IMG/VR virus record: IMGVR_UViG_3300027863_000003
From: an uncultured virus (IMG/VR IMGVR_UViG_3300027863_000003)
Taxonomy: Duplodnaviria > Heunggongvirae > Uroviricota > Caudoviricetes
Length of the DNA stretch: 64,000 nt
Reading direction: 5' to 3' (one strand)
Numbering within the stretch: the stretch's first letter is position 1; every line of letters starts with the position of its first letter. Both the position numbers and the translations under genes were made by a program. The notes beneath the pieces were generated by a model. That model was not told where the DNA came from. It saw only the letters and a program-made list of their open reading frames with translations, and searched no databases. Below are positions 1 to 8,196 of the stretch, in pieces.

Positions 1-193
1 TCCCGCTTGTCCCGCCTTCTTCATCCTCCCTTCTTTTTATTTGTTCCACGTGCTTTTCCGCCTTTGAGCGGCTGTAGTGCCAGCCCAGCAAGGCGGTATG
101 CTCAACCTTTTCATCGAATGGTGTAAACATCCGACGTATTTCATAATACACCCGATTTTTCGGCATTCTCTTCACCTCGATTTTGTGTTTCAT
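1..193 (-). CDS. hypothetical early protein, runs off the window edge (partial)
   Basis: Hand translation MKHKIEVKRMPKNRVYYEIRR... stays open to base 1; ATG overlaps the stop of 190..645; GGAGG upstream. Confidence 0.6.
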   Translation of the reverse strand, partial: MKHKIEVKRMPKNRVYYEIRRMFTPFDEKVEHTALLGWHYSRSKAEKHVEQIKRREDEEGGTSG

Positions 194-645
194 TTTATCC
201 TCCTTTTTTCTTTTGTTTTCTCCAATCCAGCTTCGCGGATAATCCGCAAAGCTTCTTCATCACTGATTATTTGCCTGTTCCACCCCCAGCCCACCAGCCT
301 GTTCAATTCCGCGTTGGCGTCCCAGGCTTTTACCGGCACCCGCCAACCCCAAGCCTCACCGGCTGGAGTTGAAATTCTTGTTCGCTTGCCGTGCTCCTTG
401 CACAGCTTATTTATTGCCGACTCAGTGTCCGGCATCCCATCCCACACCATGCATGTCCGCCATGTTTCCGGAATTTCAATCCACTCCCCGCCCACAATTC
501 TGAAGGCGGGAGCAAAAAACGCCAGCCTTGCTGGCAGTATGCGGTTGTCTTTTATAGAGACAACCGCATTATTCATCTTTTCCCATCTGCACCCACCCCC
601 TGTTGGGCATCTGGTATATTCAGTTTTCCAATTATTGCTGCTCAT
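190..645 (-). CDS. hypothetical early protein, paralog of 3472..3831
   Basis: AGGAGG SD; shares DNRI-x-FAP-FR...W-EIP-W...AIN-LC-EHGKR...W-VPV-AWDA...I-D-EAL-IIR with 3472..3831. Confidence 0.8.
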   Translation of the reverse strand: MSSNNWKTEYTRCPTGGGCRWEKMNNAVVSIKDNRILPARLAFFAPAFRIVGGEWIEIPETWRTCMVWDGMPDTESAINKLCKEHGKRTRISTPAGEAWGWRVPVKAWDANAELNRLVGWGWNRQIISDEEALRIIREAGLEKTKEKRRIK

Positions 646-667
646 TTTGTCCTCCTTCCTTCCTTTT

Positions 668-988
668 TCATTTAACTTTCAACGCATCCCATATATTAAC
701 TGCCACGGCCAGCTCTTCCGTTGTCAAATCCCATCCATCGCCGTAGTGTTGCGGGCATGGCGTTGCCTTGCCCTCTAAGTTGTTATTCTTCAACCATGCC
801 ACGGCATCCGCTTCCGTTTTAATATTGGCCTCAACGATGTATTCCACCGTTGGCTGCTTTAAGATTGAATATGGGAAATGAGTACGCTCCCAAAAGGCCT
901 CCCGGCCATCTACCAAAACTTGGCATACCTGCGTTTCCCGTCCGGCCCAAACAGGCCGGAATTCAACGCGGCTTAATTCAGCGTTCAT
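668..988 (-). CDS. hypothetical protein
   Basis: 106-aa ORF with AGGAGG SD, in the leftward gene array. Confidence 0.75.
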   Translation of the reverse strand: MNAELSRVEFRPVWAGRETQVCQVLVDGREAFWERTHFPYSILKQPTVEYIVEANIKTEADAVAWLKNNNLEGKATPCPQHYGDGWDLTTEELAVAVNIWDALKVK

Positions 989-1006
989 TTGTGCCTCCTT
1001 TCAGGC

Positions 1007-1738
1007 CTAAACCAGTTTTGTTAATCGGACAGCCCTTGCCAGGCTTGTCCGCGGTGAAAGCCGCAATATGATTTCCATGCTGCATGAATATGACGGCGTC
1101 CACACAAATTCTTTTGGTGATTGAATATATTCGCATTCATATAGTTTGCCGAACCGCATGTTGCGCATATATTCTTTTGCTTCATCTAGGCTAAACTCAT
1201 CATAAACACACAACGGCCCGCAATCCCGCGCCGGAACCGTAATCTTTCCAACGGCATACTCCACGCCACCGTTTTTTGTCGGGTACAATGCGGAAAACAA
1301 CCGTCCGTCGGCATCTTCTGTCACCACTTTATAGCCCTTTTGCCATAGACCTTTCCAGGCCGGCCAGGCTTTGACGATTTCTTCATCCGGCATCTGCTTC
1401 ATCAACTCCACGGCGTCGGCCAGAGCAACATCCGAATTTTTTACGCCAAGCATCTGCAATGGCACTTTATAGTACCCATCCCATACTTCTGCGCGCTCTG
1501 ACGGTCTATACTTGCACGAATAAATTGTGCAATGTAATTTGCCGCACGGCTCTATCTCTTCCAGATACCTTGCGGCATCCGCAAGCCGCCGGAAAACGCA
1601 AAGCGGCCCATAACCATCTACCGGATAAACCGGTTGCCCAACGAGATATTCAATGCCACCCTGCCTGTCGTACATATATGACGACAGCAATTTCCCATTG
1701 TCTTCCCTTACCACTTTGTAACCGTTTTGCCATTTCAT
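1007..1738 (-). CDS. GYKVV/CGPLCVF family protein, two tandem domains
   Basis: Two copies of W-x-x-GYKVV...Y-x-VG...GPLCV...C-x-Y...VW...LA-AV-L; strong SD. Confidence 0.85.
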   Translation of the reverse strand: MKWQNGYKVVREDNGKLLSSYMYDRQGGIEYLVGQPVYPVDGYGPLCVFRRLADAARYLEEIEPCGKLHCTIYSCKYRPSERAEVWDGYYKVPLQMLGVKNSDVALADAVELMKQMPDEEIVKAWPAWKGLWQKGYKVVTEDADGRLFSALYPTKNGGVEYAVGKITVPARDCGPLCVYDEFSLDEAKEYMRNMRFGKLYECEYIQSPKEFVWTPSYSCSMEIILRLSPRTSLARAVRLTKLV

Positions 1739-1764
1739 GTTTATTTCCTCCTTCCTTTCGTTTA

Positions 1765-1790
1765 CCCGCCGGCGCCTAGGCGCCGGCGGG
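1765..1790. repeat. GC-rich intergenic palindrome/hairpin, copy 1
   Basis: Perfect 26-bp palindrome CCCGCCGGCGCCTAGGCGCCGGCGGG. Confidence 0.9.
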
Positions 1791-1799
1791 CTGTTGACT

Positions 1800-2174
1800 T
1801 CATTCAGGCACTTCCCTAATCAGGCGCACGGCCTCAGCTAAAGCGGTTCCACTTGGCAACCATCCCAACGGAATGAAATCTTTTTTTCTATCCATCCAAA
1901 TTCCATTCTCATTTGACGTCAGATATTCGCATTCAAAAATATGGCAATGCGGACTGCGCAGCTCCCATTTGAAAGCCCGTGCGCTTTCGTACTGCGTGAA
2001 TACGGAAAGAGGGCCGCATCCAGGGGTTGGCCTCGTTACTTTGCCAACCTGATACTCCGCACATCCGGCTTTATCCATATCAACACATGGGGAAAAATAA
2101 GTTCCCCATTCCGAATAAACTACTTTCCATCCCTTCGCCCATACTCTTTTCCATTTTTTGCATGTTTTTTTCAT
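1800..2174 (-). CDS. GYKVV/CGPLCVF family protein
   Basis: WAKGWKVV...CGPLSVF...CEY...LPSGTALAEAVRL; start moved to MKKTCKK (GGAGG SD, downstream of the hairpin). Confidence 0.85.
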   Translation of the reverse strand: MKKTCKKWKRVWAKGWKVVYSEWGTYFSPCVDMDKAGCAEYQVGKVTRPTPGCGPLSVFTQYESARAFKWELRSPHCHIFECEYLTSNENGIWMDRKKDFIPLGWLPSGTALAEAVRLIREVPE

Positions 2175-2194
2175 TTTAGCCTCCTTTTCTTTTT

Positions 2195-2222
2195 GCCTGC
2201 CGGCGTCCAGGCGTCGGCAGGC
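2195..2222. repeat. GC-rich intergenic hairpin, copy 2
   Basis: GCCTGCCGGCGTCCAGGCGTCGGCAGGC, a variant of copy 1. Confidence 0.85.
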
Positions 2223-2230
2223 GGGTTTTC

Positions 2231-2575
2231 TCATTTAATTTTCCTTAGCAGCCGCACGGCATCGGCCAAAGCACTCCCACGCGGCAACTGCGCCAAATGC
2301 AAGCTTTTTTCCGGCGTCCAAATGGTTTTATGTTCTGAAGGTAGATATTCGCATTGCCAAATTTCTTGGCGGCTTGACCCTTCCCAAAACTGCTCCGCGG
2401 CTACGCAGCTCTCGAAAACGCACAGAGGCCCACAGCCCGGCGCCGGCTCTGTCAACCGGCCTTGCTCATAAGTCACCGCACCGCAACCAAGTATGTCCAC
2501 CATCGCTGACACCCGCGCGCCATCAGGCTTCCGGCGAATTACTTTGTAGCCCTTATACCAGTTTTTGTTAGTCAT
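2231..2575 (-). CDS. GYKVV/CGPLCVF family protein
   Basis: WYKGYKVI...CGPLCVF...CEYLPS...LPRGSALADAVRL. Confidence 0.85.
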   Translation of the reverse strand: MTNKNWYKGYKVIRRKPDGARVSAMVDILGCGAVTYEQGRLTEPAPGCGPLCVFESCVAAEQFWEGSSRQEIWQCEYLPSEHKTIWTPEKSLHLAQLPRGSALADAVRLLRKIK

Positions 2576-3006
2576 TTTATCCTCCTTTCACTCGGCAATG
2601 GCAACACAATGCCCTCCCTTGGCTTATCTGGCAGGCGGAGAATGATTTCAACGCCTTCGTAGAGCATGAAGGCGCAATCAAACAACCCATCCGTCGGGCA
2701 CACCAGCCAGAGATGGGAAATATCGCCATCAATTTCTCGCTGTGCCAGCAGCGAGCCAGGCTTGGCATATCCGATTCGGCACGCTGGCACTTCCGCGTAC
2801 GGTTGCGGCAGCCAGTCTGTTTCCGCGAATGGGTGCCAGGCCTCCCCTTCCCCATCCCACTTGTATCGCTCCCAGTGGTAGTACCGCCAGCCGCCTAGGC
2901 CATATCTTTTGCCGGCGGCTTCTACCATGCAAGGCGCCATCCAAGCGGGCGCGCCATCGCGAAAGTATTCGCAGGCCCGTAAGACTTCGGCAGGAATTGC
3001 ATTCAT
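2572..3006 (-). CDS. hypothetical protein
   Basis: 144-aa ORF with AGGAGG SD, coupled to the next gene. Confidence 0.75.
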   Translation of the reverse strand: MNAIPAEVLRACEYFRDGAPAWMAPCMVEAAGKRYGLGGWRYYHWERYKWDGEGEAWHPFAETDWLPQPYAEVPACRIGYAKPGSLLAQREIDGDISHLWLVCPTDGLFDCAFMLYEGVEIILRLPDKPREGIVLPLPSERRIK

Positions 3007-3021
3007 GGCCCCTCCTTTTAG

Positions 3022-3411
3022 TTATTCAGCTCTCTCCAAAAGCTTGGCCAGTTTGACGGCATCGGCCAGCCGTGTGCCGGTAGGTAAATCGTTCAGTGTT
3101 GACACCATGTTATCAACCCAAACCTTATTCTCTTTTGCTGGCGTGTACTGGCATTCCCACATTTCAAAGCTCCATCCTTTCATGTATTGCTTCGTGTATT
3201 GCATATAAAATCGCGCACTCTCCAGCTCGCCAAACACGCACAACGGCCCGCAATCTTTCGGCGGGTACGTTACCAAACCATGCGCATACTGGACTGGAGC
3301 GCCATGCAGAGGCACGGCTGAATGTAATTCGCCAAATTCCGTTCTATGTACAACTTTGAATCCTTTCTCCCACTTTTTCATTTGTCCTCCTTTTTGTTGT
3401 TGTGTTTCCAT
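3022..3411 (-). CDS. GYKVV/CGPLCVF family protein (alternative start at 3381)
   Basis: WEKGFKVV...CGPLCVF...CQYTP...LPTGTRLADAVKL. Confidence 0.85.
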   Translation of the reverse strand: METQQQKGGQMKKWEKGFKVVHRTEFGELHSAVPLHGAPVQYAHGLVTYPPKDCGPLCVFGELESARFYMQYTKQYMKGWSFEMWECQYTPAKENKVWVDNMVSTLNDLPTGTRLADAVKLAKLLERAE

Positions 3412-3431
3412 GTTTTTTCCTTTCTCTTTTA

Positions 3432-3467
3432 TGCCCGCCGGCGCCCAGGCGCCGGCGGGCGGTTGCG
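3432..3467. repeat. GC-rich intergenic hairpin, copy 3
   Basis: TGCCCGCCGGCGCCCAGGCGCCGGCGGGCGGTTGCG, identical to 3871..3906. Confidence 0.9.
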
Positions 3468-3471
3468 GTTT

Positions 3472-3831
3472 TCATGCGACTTGCTTGGCCTTGCGGATTA
3501 TGGCCAAGGCTTCGGCGTCAGTTATCTCGTTACGGTCCCATGTCCAGCCTGCGGGCTTGTCCATCTCGGCATCCCAGGCCGCCACTGGCACAAGCCAGCC
3601 ATTGCCGCCGCATTCATAGACCCGGCCCCGCTTGCCGTGCTCTCGGCATAGCCGGTTTATGGCTTCCTCCGTTTCGGCGGAGCCATCCCAATGGTAACGG
3701 CTCTGCCATCCGTCTGGTATCTCCACCCAAGTTTTCCCATTGCCGTATGTGACGCAACGGAAGTTGGGAGCAAAGTGGCGCAACGGCGCCAACTTTATTC
3801 TGTTATCGTTTATTTGGATTTGAGTTTGCAT
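3472..3831 (-). CDS. hypothetical early protein, paralog of 190..645
   Basis: Clear similarity to 190..645; flanked by identical 36-bp repeats. Confidence 0.8.
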   Translation of the reverse strand: MQTQIQINDNRIKLAPLRHFAPNFRCVTYGNGKTWVEIPDGWQSRYHWDGSAETEEAINRLCREHGKRGRVYECGGNGWLVPVAAWDAEMDKPAGWTWDRNEITDAEALAIIRKAKQVA

Positions 3832-3870
3832 GTGTTCCGTTCCTTTCCTTTTTGTGTTTCTGTTCCAGTT

Positions 3871-3906
3871 TGCCCGCCGGCGCCCAGGCGCCGGCGGGCG
3901 GTTGCG
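3871..3906. repeat. GC-rich intergenic hairpin, copy 4
   Basis: Exact 36-bp direct repeat of 3432..3467. Confidence 0.9.
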
Positions 3907-3909
3907 TTG

Positions 3910-4350
3910 TTACTCCTCCTTGGCGCCGGCAGCTTCGCCGGCGTTAAGCTCGGCCATTATTTCGGCACGCTCGGCCGCCAATTCTTCCCAAGCGTGCCAC
4001 GTGATTTGTGGCCAACATATCCGCCATGTTGACCCTATGTCGCGGAGAATGCTCCGGCCTTCTTTCGTTTCTTCGAGGTTGTCCGCTAGCTCCTCGAACC
4101 ATGCTTGCAAGGCATCTTCCAGCCTCACCCGGACAAGCCCTTCGTCTGAATAGCCCCTTTTTTGCCCTTCCTCGTAAAGGCTGCGGATTATCTCCGCTGA
4201 ATATTCATGGAGCGCGTCCCCAAAGTGCAGGGCGACGCTCCATGTTTCACGGTTGGCCCACCCATTGCATTGTGGACCACCGAACCATTCCGACCACCGC
4301 TTGACCCGCTCCTCCCAGGTCAAGCCTTCGTTTATGTTCTCTTTTTTCAT
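3910..4350 (-). CDS. conserved phage hypothetical protein (NGW-N-ETW-V-L motif)
   Basis: NGWANRETWSVALHF resembles a motif common in small phage early proteins; start at MKKENINE with AGGAG SD. Confidence 0.75.
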   Translation of the reverse strand: MKKENINEGLTWEERVKRWSEWFGGPQCNGWANRETWSVALHFGDALHEYSAEIIRSLYEEGQKRGYSDEGLVRVRLEDALQAWFEELADNLEETKEGRSILRDIGSTWRICWPQITWHAWEELAAERAEIMAELNAGEAAGAKEE

Positions 4351-4369
4351 GTTTTCTCCTTTCGGTTGT

Positions 4370-4395
4370 GCCGGCCGGCCTTGCGGCCGGCCGGC
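4370..4395. repeat. GC-rich intergenic hairpin, copy 5
   Basis: GCCGGCCGGCC-TTGC-GGCCGGCCGGC; the loop reads GCAA on the coding strand. Confidence 0.85.
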
Positions 4396-4406
4396 GGTTG
4401 GTGACT

Positions 4407-4679
4407 TCATGCGCGCGCGCGCGCCGGAACCTGCACGATGGCGCGGGCAAGTTCGCTTTCCCTATCCACGCCTAAGGCCGCGCAGGCCTTGCCGGCGTCC
4501 GGCGCGAGCAGCCGCCACCCCGTGGCAGCCATAAACGCAAAGCGCACCCCGTCAAGGATGTCGCCACCCGGCAGCACAATCACCCCAAGCCCATAACTTG
4601 AGGCAGCGTGCTCGTCTGTCAGTGTCGCCCGAATGCGGCCCCGCGTAAACGGGTGCCTCAGTTCTACTGTCTGCTTCAT
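4407..4679 (-). CDS. hypothetical phage protein (T-EHAASSYG motif)
   Basis: 90-aa ORF with AAGGAAAGGA upstream; motif LTDEHAASSYGLGVIV. Confidence 0.7.
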   Translation of the reverse strand: MKQTVELRHPFTRGRIRATLTDEHAASSYGLGVIVLPGGDILDGVRFAFMAATGWRLLAPDAGKACAALGVDRESELARAIVQVPARARA

Positions 4680-4699
4680 TGTGTTTCCTTTCCTTTTGT

Positions 4700-4719
4700 G
4701 CCCGGCCTTGCGGCCGGGC
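4700..4719. repeat. GC-rich intergenic hairpin, copy 6
   Basis: GCCCGGCC-TTGC-GGCCGGGC followed by GGTTG, as in the other copies. Confidence 0.85.
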
Positions 4720-4730
4720 GGTTGTTGTTG

Positions 4731-5006
4731 TCAGCCGGCTTGCGTCATCCGCAGGCACGACCGGCAAAGCCAGCCATGATAGCCGGTTTCGTTGTTTCGG
4801 AAATAAGCCGCCCCATTGGGCGAGCCGCACCGGCACCAGCCCGGCAATAAAAGCTCAAAATTCGCATGGGCAGCAGCCTGTCCTAAAATGTCATCCGGCT
4901 CATCCGATGCCGCCAGCAGTGGCCCTATTGCGCCAGCCACTGCGCGCGCGGCTTCTAGGTATTGTTCAAACAATCCTTGCCTTTCCTCTGCTGTTAGTGT
5001 TTTCAT
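4731..5006 (-). CDS. hypothetical protein with C-terminal Cys/His cluster
   Basis: WCRC...HGWLCRSC; GAGGAGG SD. Confidence 0.75.
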   Translation of the reverse strand: MKTLTAEERQGLFEQYLEAARAVAGAIGPLLAASDEPDDILGQAAAHANFELLLPGWCRCGSPNGAAYFRNNETGYHGWLCRSCLRMTQAG

Positions 5007-5015
5007 GTTTCCTCC

Positions 5016-5111
5016 TCAGTGTGTTTGAGCCGTAAACGAGAAAAGCAGGATTGCCAAATTGACGGCAATCCATGCTACCAAAAAAACGATTTCGATTCTG
5101 TCTGTTTTCAT
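5016..5111 (-). CDS. small membrane peptide (31 aa), not in the ORF track
   Basis: MKTDRIEIVFLVAWIAVNLAILLFSFTAQTH with GGAGGTG SD; fills the gap between its neighbours. Confidence 0.6.
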   Translation of the reverse strand: MKTDRIEIVFLVAWIAVNLAILLFSFTAQTH

Positions 5112-5126
5112 GTTATCACCTCCGGA

Positions 5127-5348
5127 TTAAAGGGGGATGTTTGCAGCCGCCCAACGGTTCATTTCCCTAGCCCTGCGGATTGCGTCCGCGCGGCTTGGGC
5201 AGGGTTCCTGCTCCGCGGCGTACCAATACGCCCCGCGGCGTTTAATAATGTGTTGTTGCTGCGCGTCGAATTGCGCAGCCGCGTACTGCGGCCGGCGTGA
5301 TGGTCCACATTTTTGGATTATCCACCATTTTTTTGATGTTTCTTTCAT
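5127..5348 (-). CDS. hypothetical basic protein, first gene of the leftward array
   Basis: 73-aa ORF. Confidence 0.55.
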   Translation of the reverse strand: MKETSKKWWIIQKCGPSRRPQYAAAQFDAQQQHIIKRRGAYWYAAEQEPCPSRADAIRRAREMNRWAAANIPL

Positions 5349-5508
5349 AGTTTGTTCGGTCTTCGGTGCGTGGCTTCATTGCCTTTTGAGCGCCGCACCG
5401 TCGCTCTTACTGGCCAAAACTTACAGCAAGAGCCGCAGCCACGCAAGAGAAAAAACAAAAAAATTGAAAAAAGTTTTCGCAAGAATTGCCGCAATTTTAC
5501 AACTATTT

Positions 5509-5524
5509 TGGTACGGTTTTTGCT
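5509..5524 (+). promoter_or_regulatory. sigma54-like -24/-12 element
   Basis: TGGTACGGTTTTTGCT, GG-N10-GC spacing. Confidence 0.45.
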
Positions 5525-5526
5525 AT

Positions 5527-5542
5527 AGCAAGCCACATGCCA
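5527..5542 (-). promoter_or_regulatory. sigma54-like -24/-12 element facing the early genes
   Basis: Minus strand TGGCATGTGGCTTGCT, GG-N10-GC. Confidence 0.5.
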
Positions 5543-5582
5543 AAACCTCAAAAAAGTAAAAAAAGTTTAAAATTCGCACTGT

Positions 5583-5598
5583 TGGCACGATACTTGCT
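5583..5598 (+). promoter_or_regulatory. sigma54-like -24/-12 element (consensus match)
   Basis: TGGCACGATACTTGCT matches TGGCACG-N4-TTGCW. Confidence 0.6.
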
Positions 5599-6322
5599 AG
5601 GAACCGGAACCGCCCGCAAGCCGGAACCGGAGCCGCACGCAGCCCCACCCGCAAGCCGGCATTTAGACAAGTCAAACAAAGTTTGACGAACCTAACATTC
5701 GCGGCCGCAGGCGTGGGCGTGGGCGGAGCAGTACCACAAGCGGACGGACGGACAGGCACACAAGCCGGACTGCCCAGGCACGGGCACAAGCGCAGGCGCA
5801 GGGCAAGGGGAAAAGACGCGCGCGGAACCTACCTGCCGAAGGATACCCCATAGGGGGGTTGGACATTCGATGTCCGACCCATGCCCAGGCCTGCGCAAGA
5901 CCGCGCCGGGGCACTAAAAGAGGGATGCCGCTTTGCGTTGTATATAATAAGCATTGTGCGAAATCGCAGGTGTACGCCCGCGCGACACCTAGGGTACCCC
6001 CGAAGGGGGGCCGGTTGACTGGGGGCCGCGCCTATATTGCCTTTTGGTATAATGGACGCCATTTTTTGAAATTGACATGGCAAGAAATGTTGAGGTTACA
6101 GGATAGTGAAAGAGCTAGTTATCAGACTAGTAATGGGTGGGATTGGTGATTTGATTGGGCATGGGTGGAATTAAATGGTTATGAAGCCGTCCACGGGCGG
6201 GGGTTTTTGCTGGTTACGCTGGGCTGGCGAGGCCGTAGGGAAATTTTTATGCTTGGTGAGGGGTACCATAGCGGGGGTGGGCGGGTTGATTGATTTTAGA
6301 GGGCCTGGGAAGGGGTTAAAAT

Positions 6323-6360
6323 AAAAACCCGCCGGCTGAGGGGAACCGGCGGGCGGTTTT
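6323..6360. terminator. possible bidirectional intrinsic terminator, related to the early hairpins
   Basis: AAAAA-CCCGCCGG-N10-CCGGCGGG-CGGTTTT. Confidence 0.4.
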
Positions 6361-6576
6361 AAGAGGCTGATGGGCATTGGCCCAAGGGGGAAGGAGGTGA
6401 ACCCCTGGGCGATTCTACAATGCGTCCAACAACCGGTGTGAAGGTAGCATGGATTGGTTTGGTTGTCAAGGGGTGTGGGCTGGATGCGATTTTGGGAACT
6501 ATAAAAGAGCGTTCTATAAAAGAAAGAGTGGAATGAAAAAACGGTGGTTTCAGGAAGCGGTTTTGGCTGGTCGCAG

Positions 6577-7193
6577 AGTTGCAAATTCGCCTATTTGTAT
6601 ATGTATTCGTAACAGGTTTTGCAACTTAGACGCGTAACCTGTTGCGAATCAACGATTATATCGGTGTCAAGTCGAAAATAATTTGCAACTTACTTTAACG
6701 TTAAAGTGAAGAATTTGCAACTATGTTTGCGACTTGGGGTTTTGGGGTGAAAAGCGACTCTGAATCGGTGGCACCGACACGAAACTAATCATGAGTAAGT
6801 TAGTCATGATTGTCATGATTCGGGGAATTTGCAACTTAATTTGCAACTATGAGGCTGTTTTTGGCCGTTTTTTGAGCCGTTAAAATTACGATGGTTCGGG
6901 GAGCCGTTATACAAAGAAATTTCGTCACAATTGAACTTTTTACTTGACAATTTCCGAGCCTGTTCAGTATCAATGGGTTGTGAAATCGGCATTTTTCTAT
7001 AAAAAACAGGGTGTTTAGAGGAAACCTGAAAATGGATGGCGCGGTTTTGGGCTTGTTTTGGACTGATTTTTACCGTTAAAGTGGCAGTTGCAGCCTTACG
7101 TTACAGGTTTTGCAACTGTGCTGGAAGTTGTTGAGGTGTAATTGGTTGTGAGTTGCATTCCTGATTTGCAACTTTACAGTTGCAATTGCAACT
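6577..7193. repeat. dispersed array of (A/T)TTTGCAACT motifs
   Basis: Copies at 6577 (reverse), 6617, 6681, 6713, 6827, 6839, 7108 and 7164; palindrome AGTTGCAATTGCAACT at 7178-7193; plus variants. Confidence 0.8.
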
Positions 7194-7809
7194 ACGGTTG
7201 TGTGGTTGGAGCCGGGGACGCCAGCTCATATAATCCCTTGGTGATGCGTTTGATTTTTTGTGTTTGCTGAAGAATTCTGAGCGCGCGGAAGATGGTGTCA
7301 CGGCTTGTGGCGGGTTTGTTTGCGTGGATTTGGCTGGCGATGAACTTGATGTCAGCCTGGCCGGCTTTCAAAAGGCGCATGATTTCAAGGGCGCATTCGT
7401 GCGTGCTCATGGCGGTGTCAGGTATGGGGCGGCCAACGGTTGGTTTCGGGTTTTTCTCACGCCACCGTTTCACCCTGACTGATGCCATGAGATTTTTGTA
7501 CTTGGCACCATTCAAAATACGCCAGCCACCTTCGACGGGTTCAATCCTTCGGCCTTCGTATTCCTGTTCATCCGAGCGTTTGGTGTCCGGGTTTTGAAGG
7601 ATTTGCAGGGCGTCCCTGACCATTTCTTCGGGCATGTTGGCCCATTTAACCAGAGTATCGAAATTTGCGCGAACAACCTGGTCGGCGTCTTTTTTGGCCA
7701 GCATGGTGACGAATAAAAGGCGGACATGAAGGGGTTCCTGCCATAGCGAGGACTCAACAATTTTGCTGAAGATGGGTGCCCACGTCAACATGACAGTGTC
7801 CTGTCTCAA
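7192..7809 (-). CDS. putative replication/DNA-binding protein with C-terminal winged HTH
   Basis: N-term IFSKIVESSLW-E...LFVTMLA resembles phage replication-protein N-termini; C-term SRDTIFRALRILQQTQKIKRITKGLYEL is wHTH-like. Confidence 0.6.
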   Translation of the reverse strand: MRQDTVMLTWAPIFSKIVESSLWQEPLHVRLLFVTMLAKKDADQVVRANFDTLVKWANMPEEMVRDALQILQNPDTKRSDEQEYEGRRIEPVEGGWRILNGAKYKNLMASVRVKRWREKNPKPTVGRPIPDTAMSTHECALEIMRLLKAGQADIKFIASQIHANKPATSRDTIFRALRILQQTQKIKRITKGLYELASPAPTTQP

Positions 7810-7982
7810 TCACCATCATCATCAACAAAGCCCAGGCCATTGCAAAATTCGCAGATTTTGTTGGTCTTGATGTTATACCCTGTACCATTGCATTTCTGGC
7901 AATCACCACCTGCACGGCGGCGTTTTTGATGGTAGTTCTTCGGGTTTTTCGGATTATGATGGGATTGGGTCGTCTTGTTCAT
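7806..7982 (-). CDS. small protein with DnaJ-type zinc finger
   Basis: CQKCNGTG...CEFCNGLG; start uncertain. Confidence 0.6.
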   Translation of the reverse strand: MNKTTQSHHNPKNPKNYHQKRRRAGGDCQKCNGTGYNIKTNKICEFCNGLGFVDDDGD

Positions 7983-8196
7983 TTGAATCAAAGCGAGTTT
8001 CGGATTTAAGTCTCCAGATTTGAATGCCATCAGTATCGCGGACAAGGGCGACATTGGCACCATTCAAGGTCAAAAGGGCGTTCTCAAGGTATTTCCTTTC
8101 GATGCCCCTTTTGACATTGTACCCAACTGTAATTGGGACAAAGCCGGCTTGTTCAGCGGCCTCTTTGGTCATGATTTCGTCTGGCAGAATTAACAT
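7954..8196 (-). CDS. hypothetical protein
   Basis: 80-aa ORF coupled to its neighbours. Confidence 0.6.
   Translation of the reverse strand: MLILPDEIMTKEAAEQAGFVPITVGYNVKRGIERKYLENALLTLNGANVALVRDTDGIQIWRLKSETRFDSNEQDDPIPS

Noticed and set aside
77..778. Long plus-strand ORF, and other antisense ORFs such as 8379..9122, 25412..26089, 26438..27295 and 53974..54735
   Set aside because: They are shadows of well-supported genes on the opposite strand, with no motifs or start signals.
1765..4725. Hairpin repeats as a CRISPR array or integron attC sites
   Set aside because: Spacing is gene-sized and irregular, there are no cas genes or integron integrase, and I see no consistent attC RYYYAAC/GTTRRRY box pairs.
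5345..7190. ORFs called in the control region (e.g. 5859..6149, 6171..6584)
   Set aside because: Low-complexity translations, no convincing start signals, and overlap with repeat and promoter motifs.
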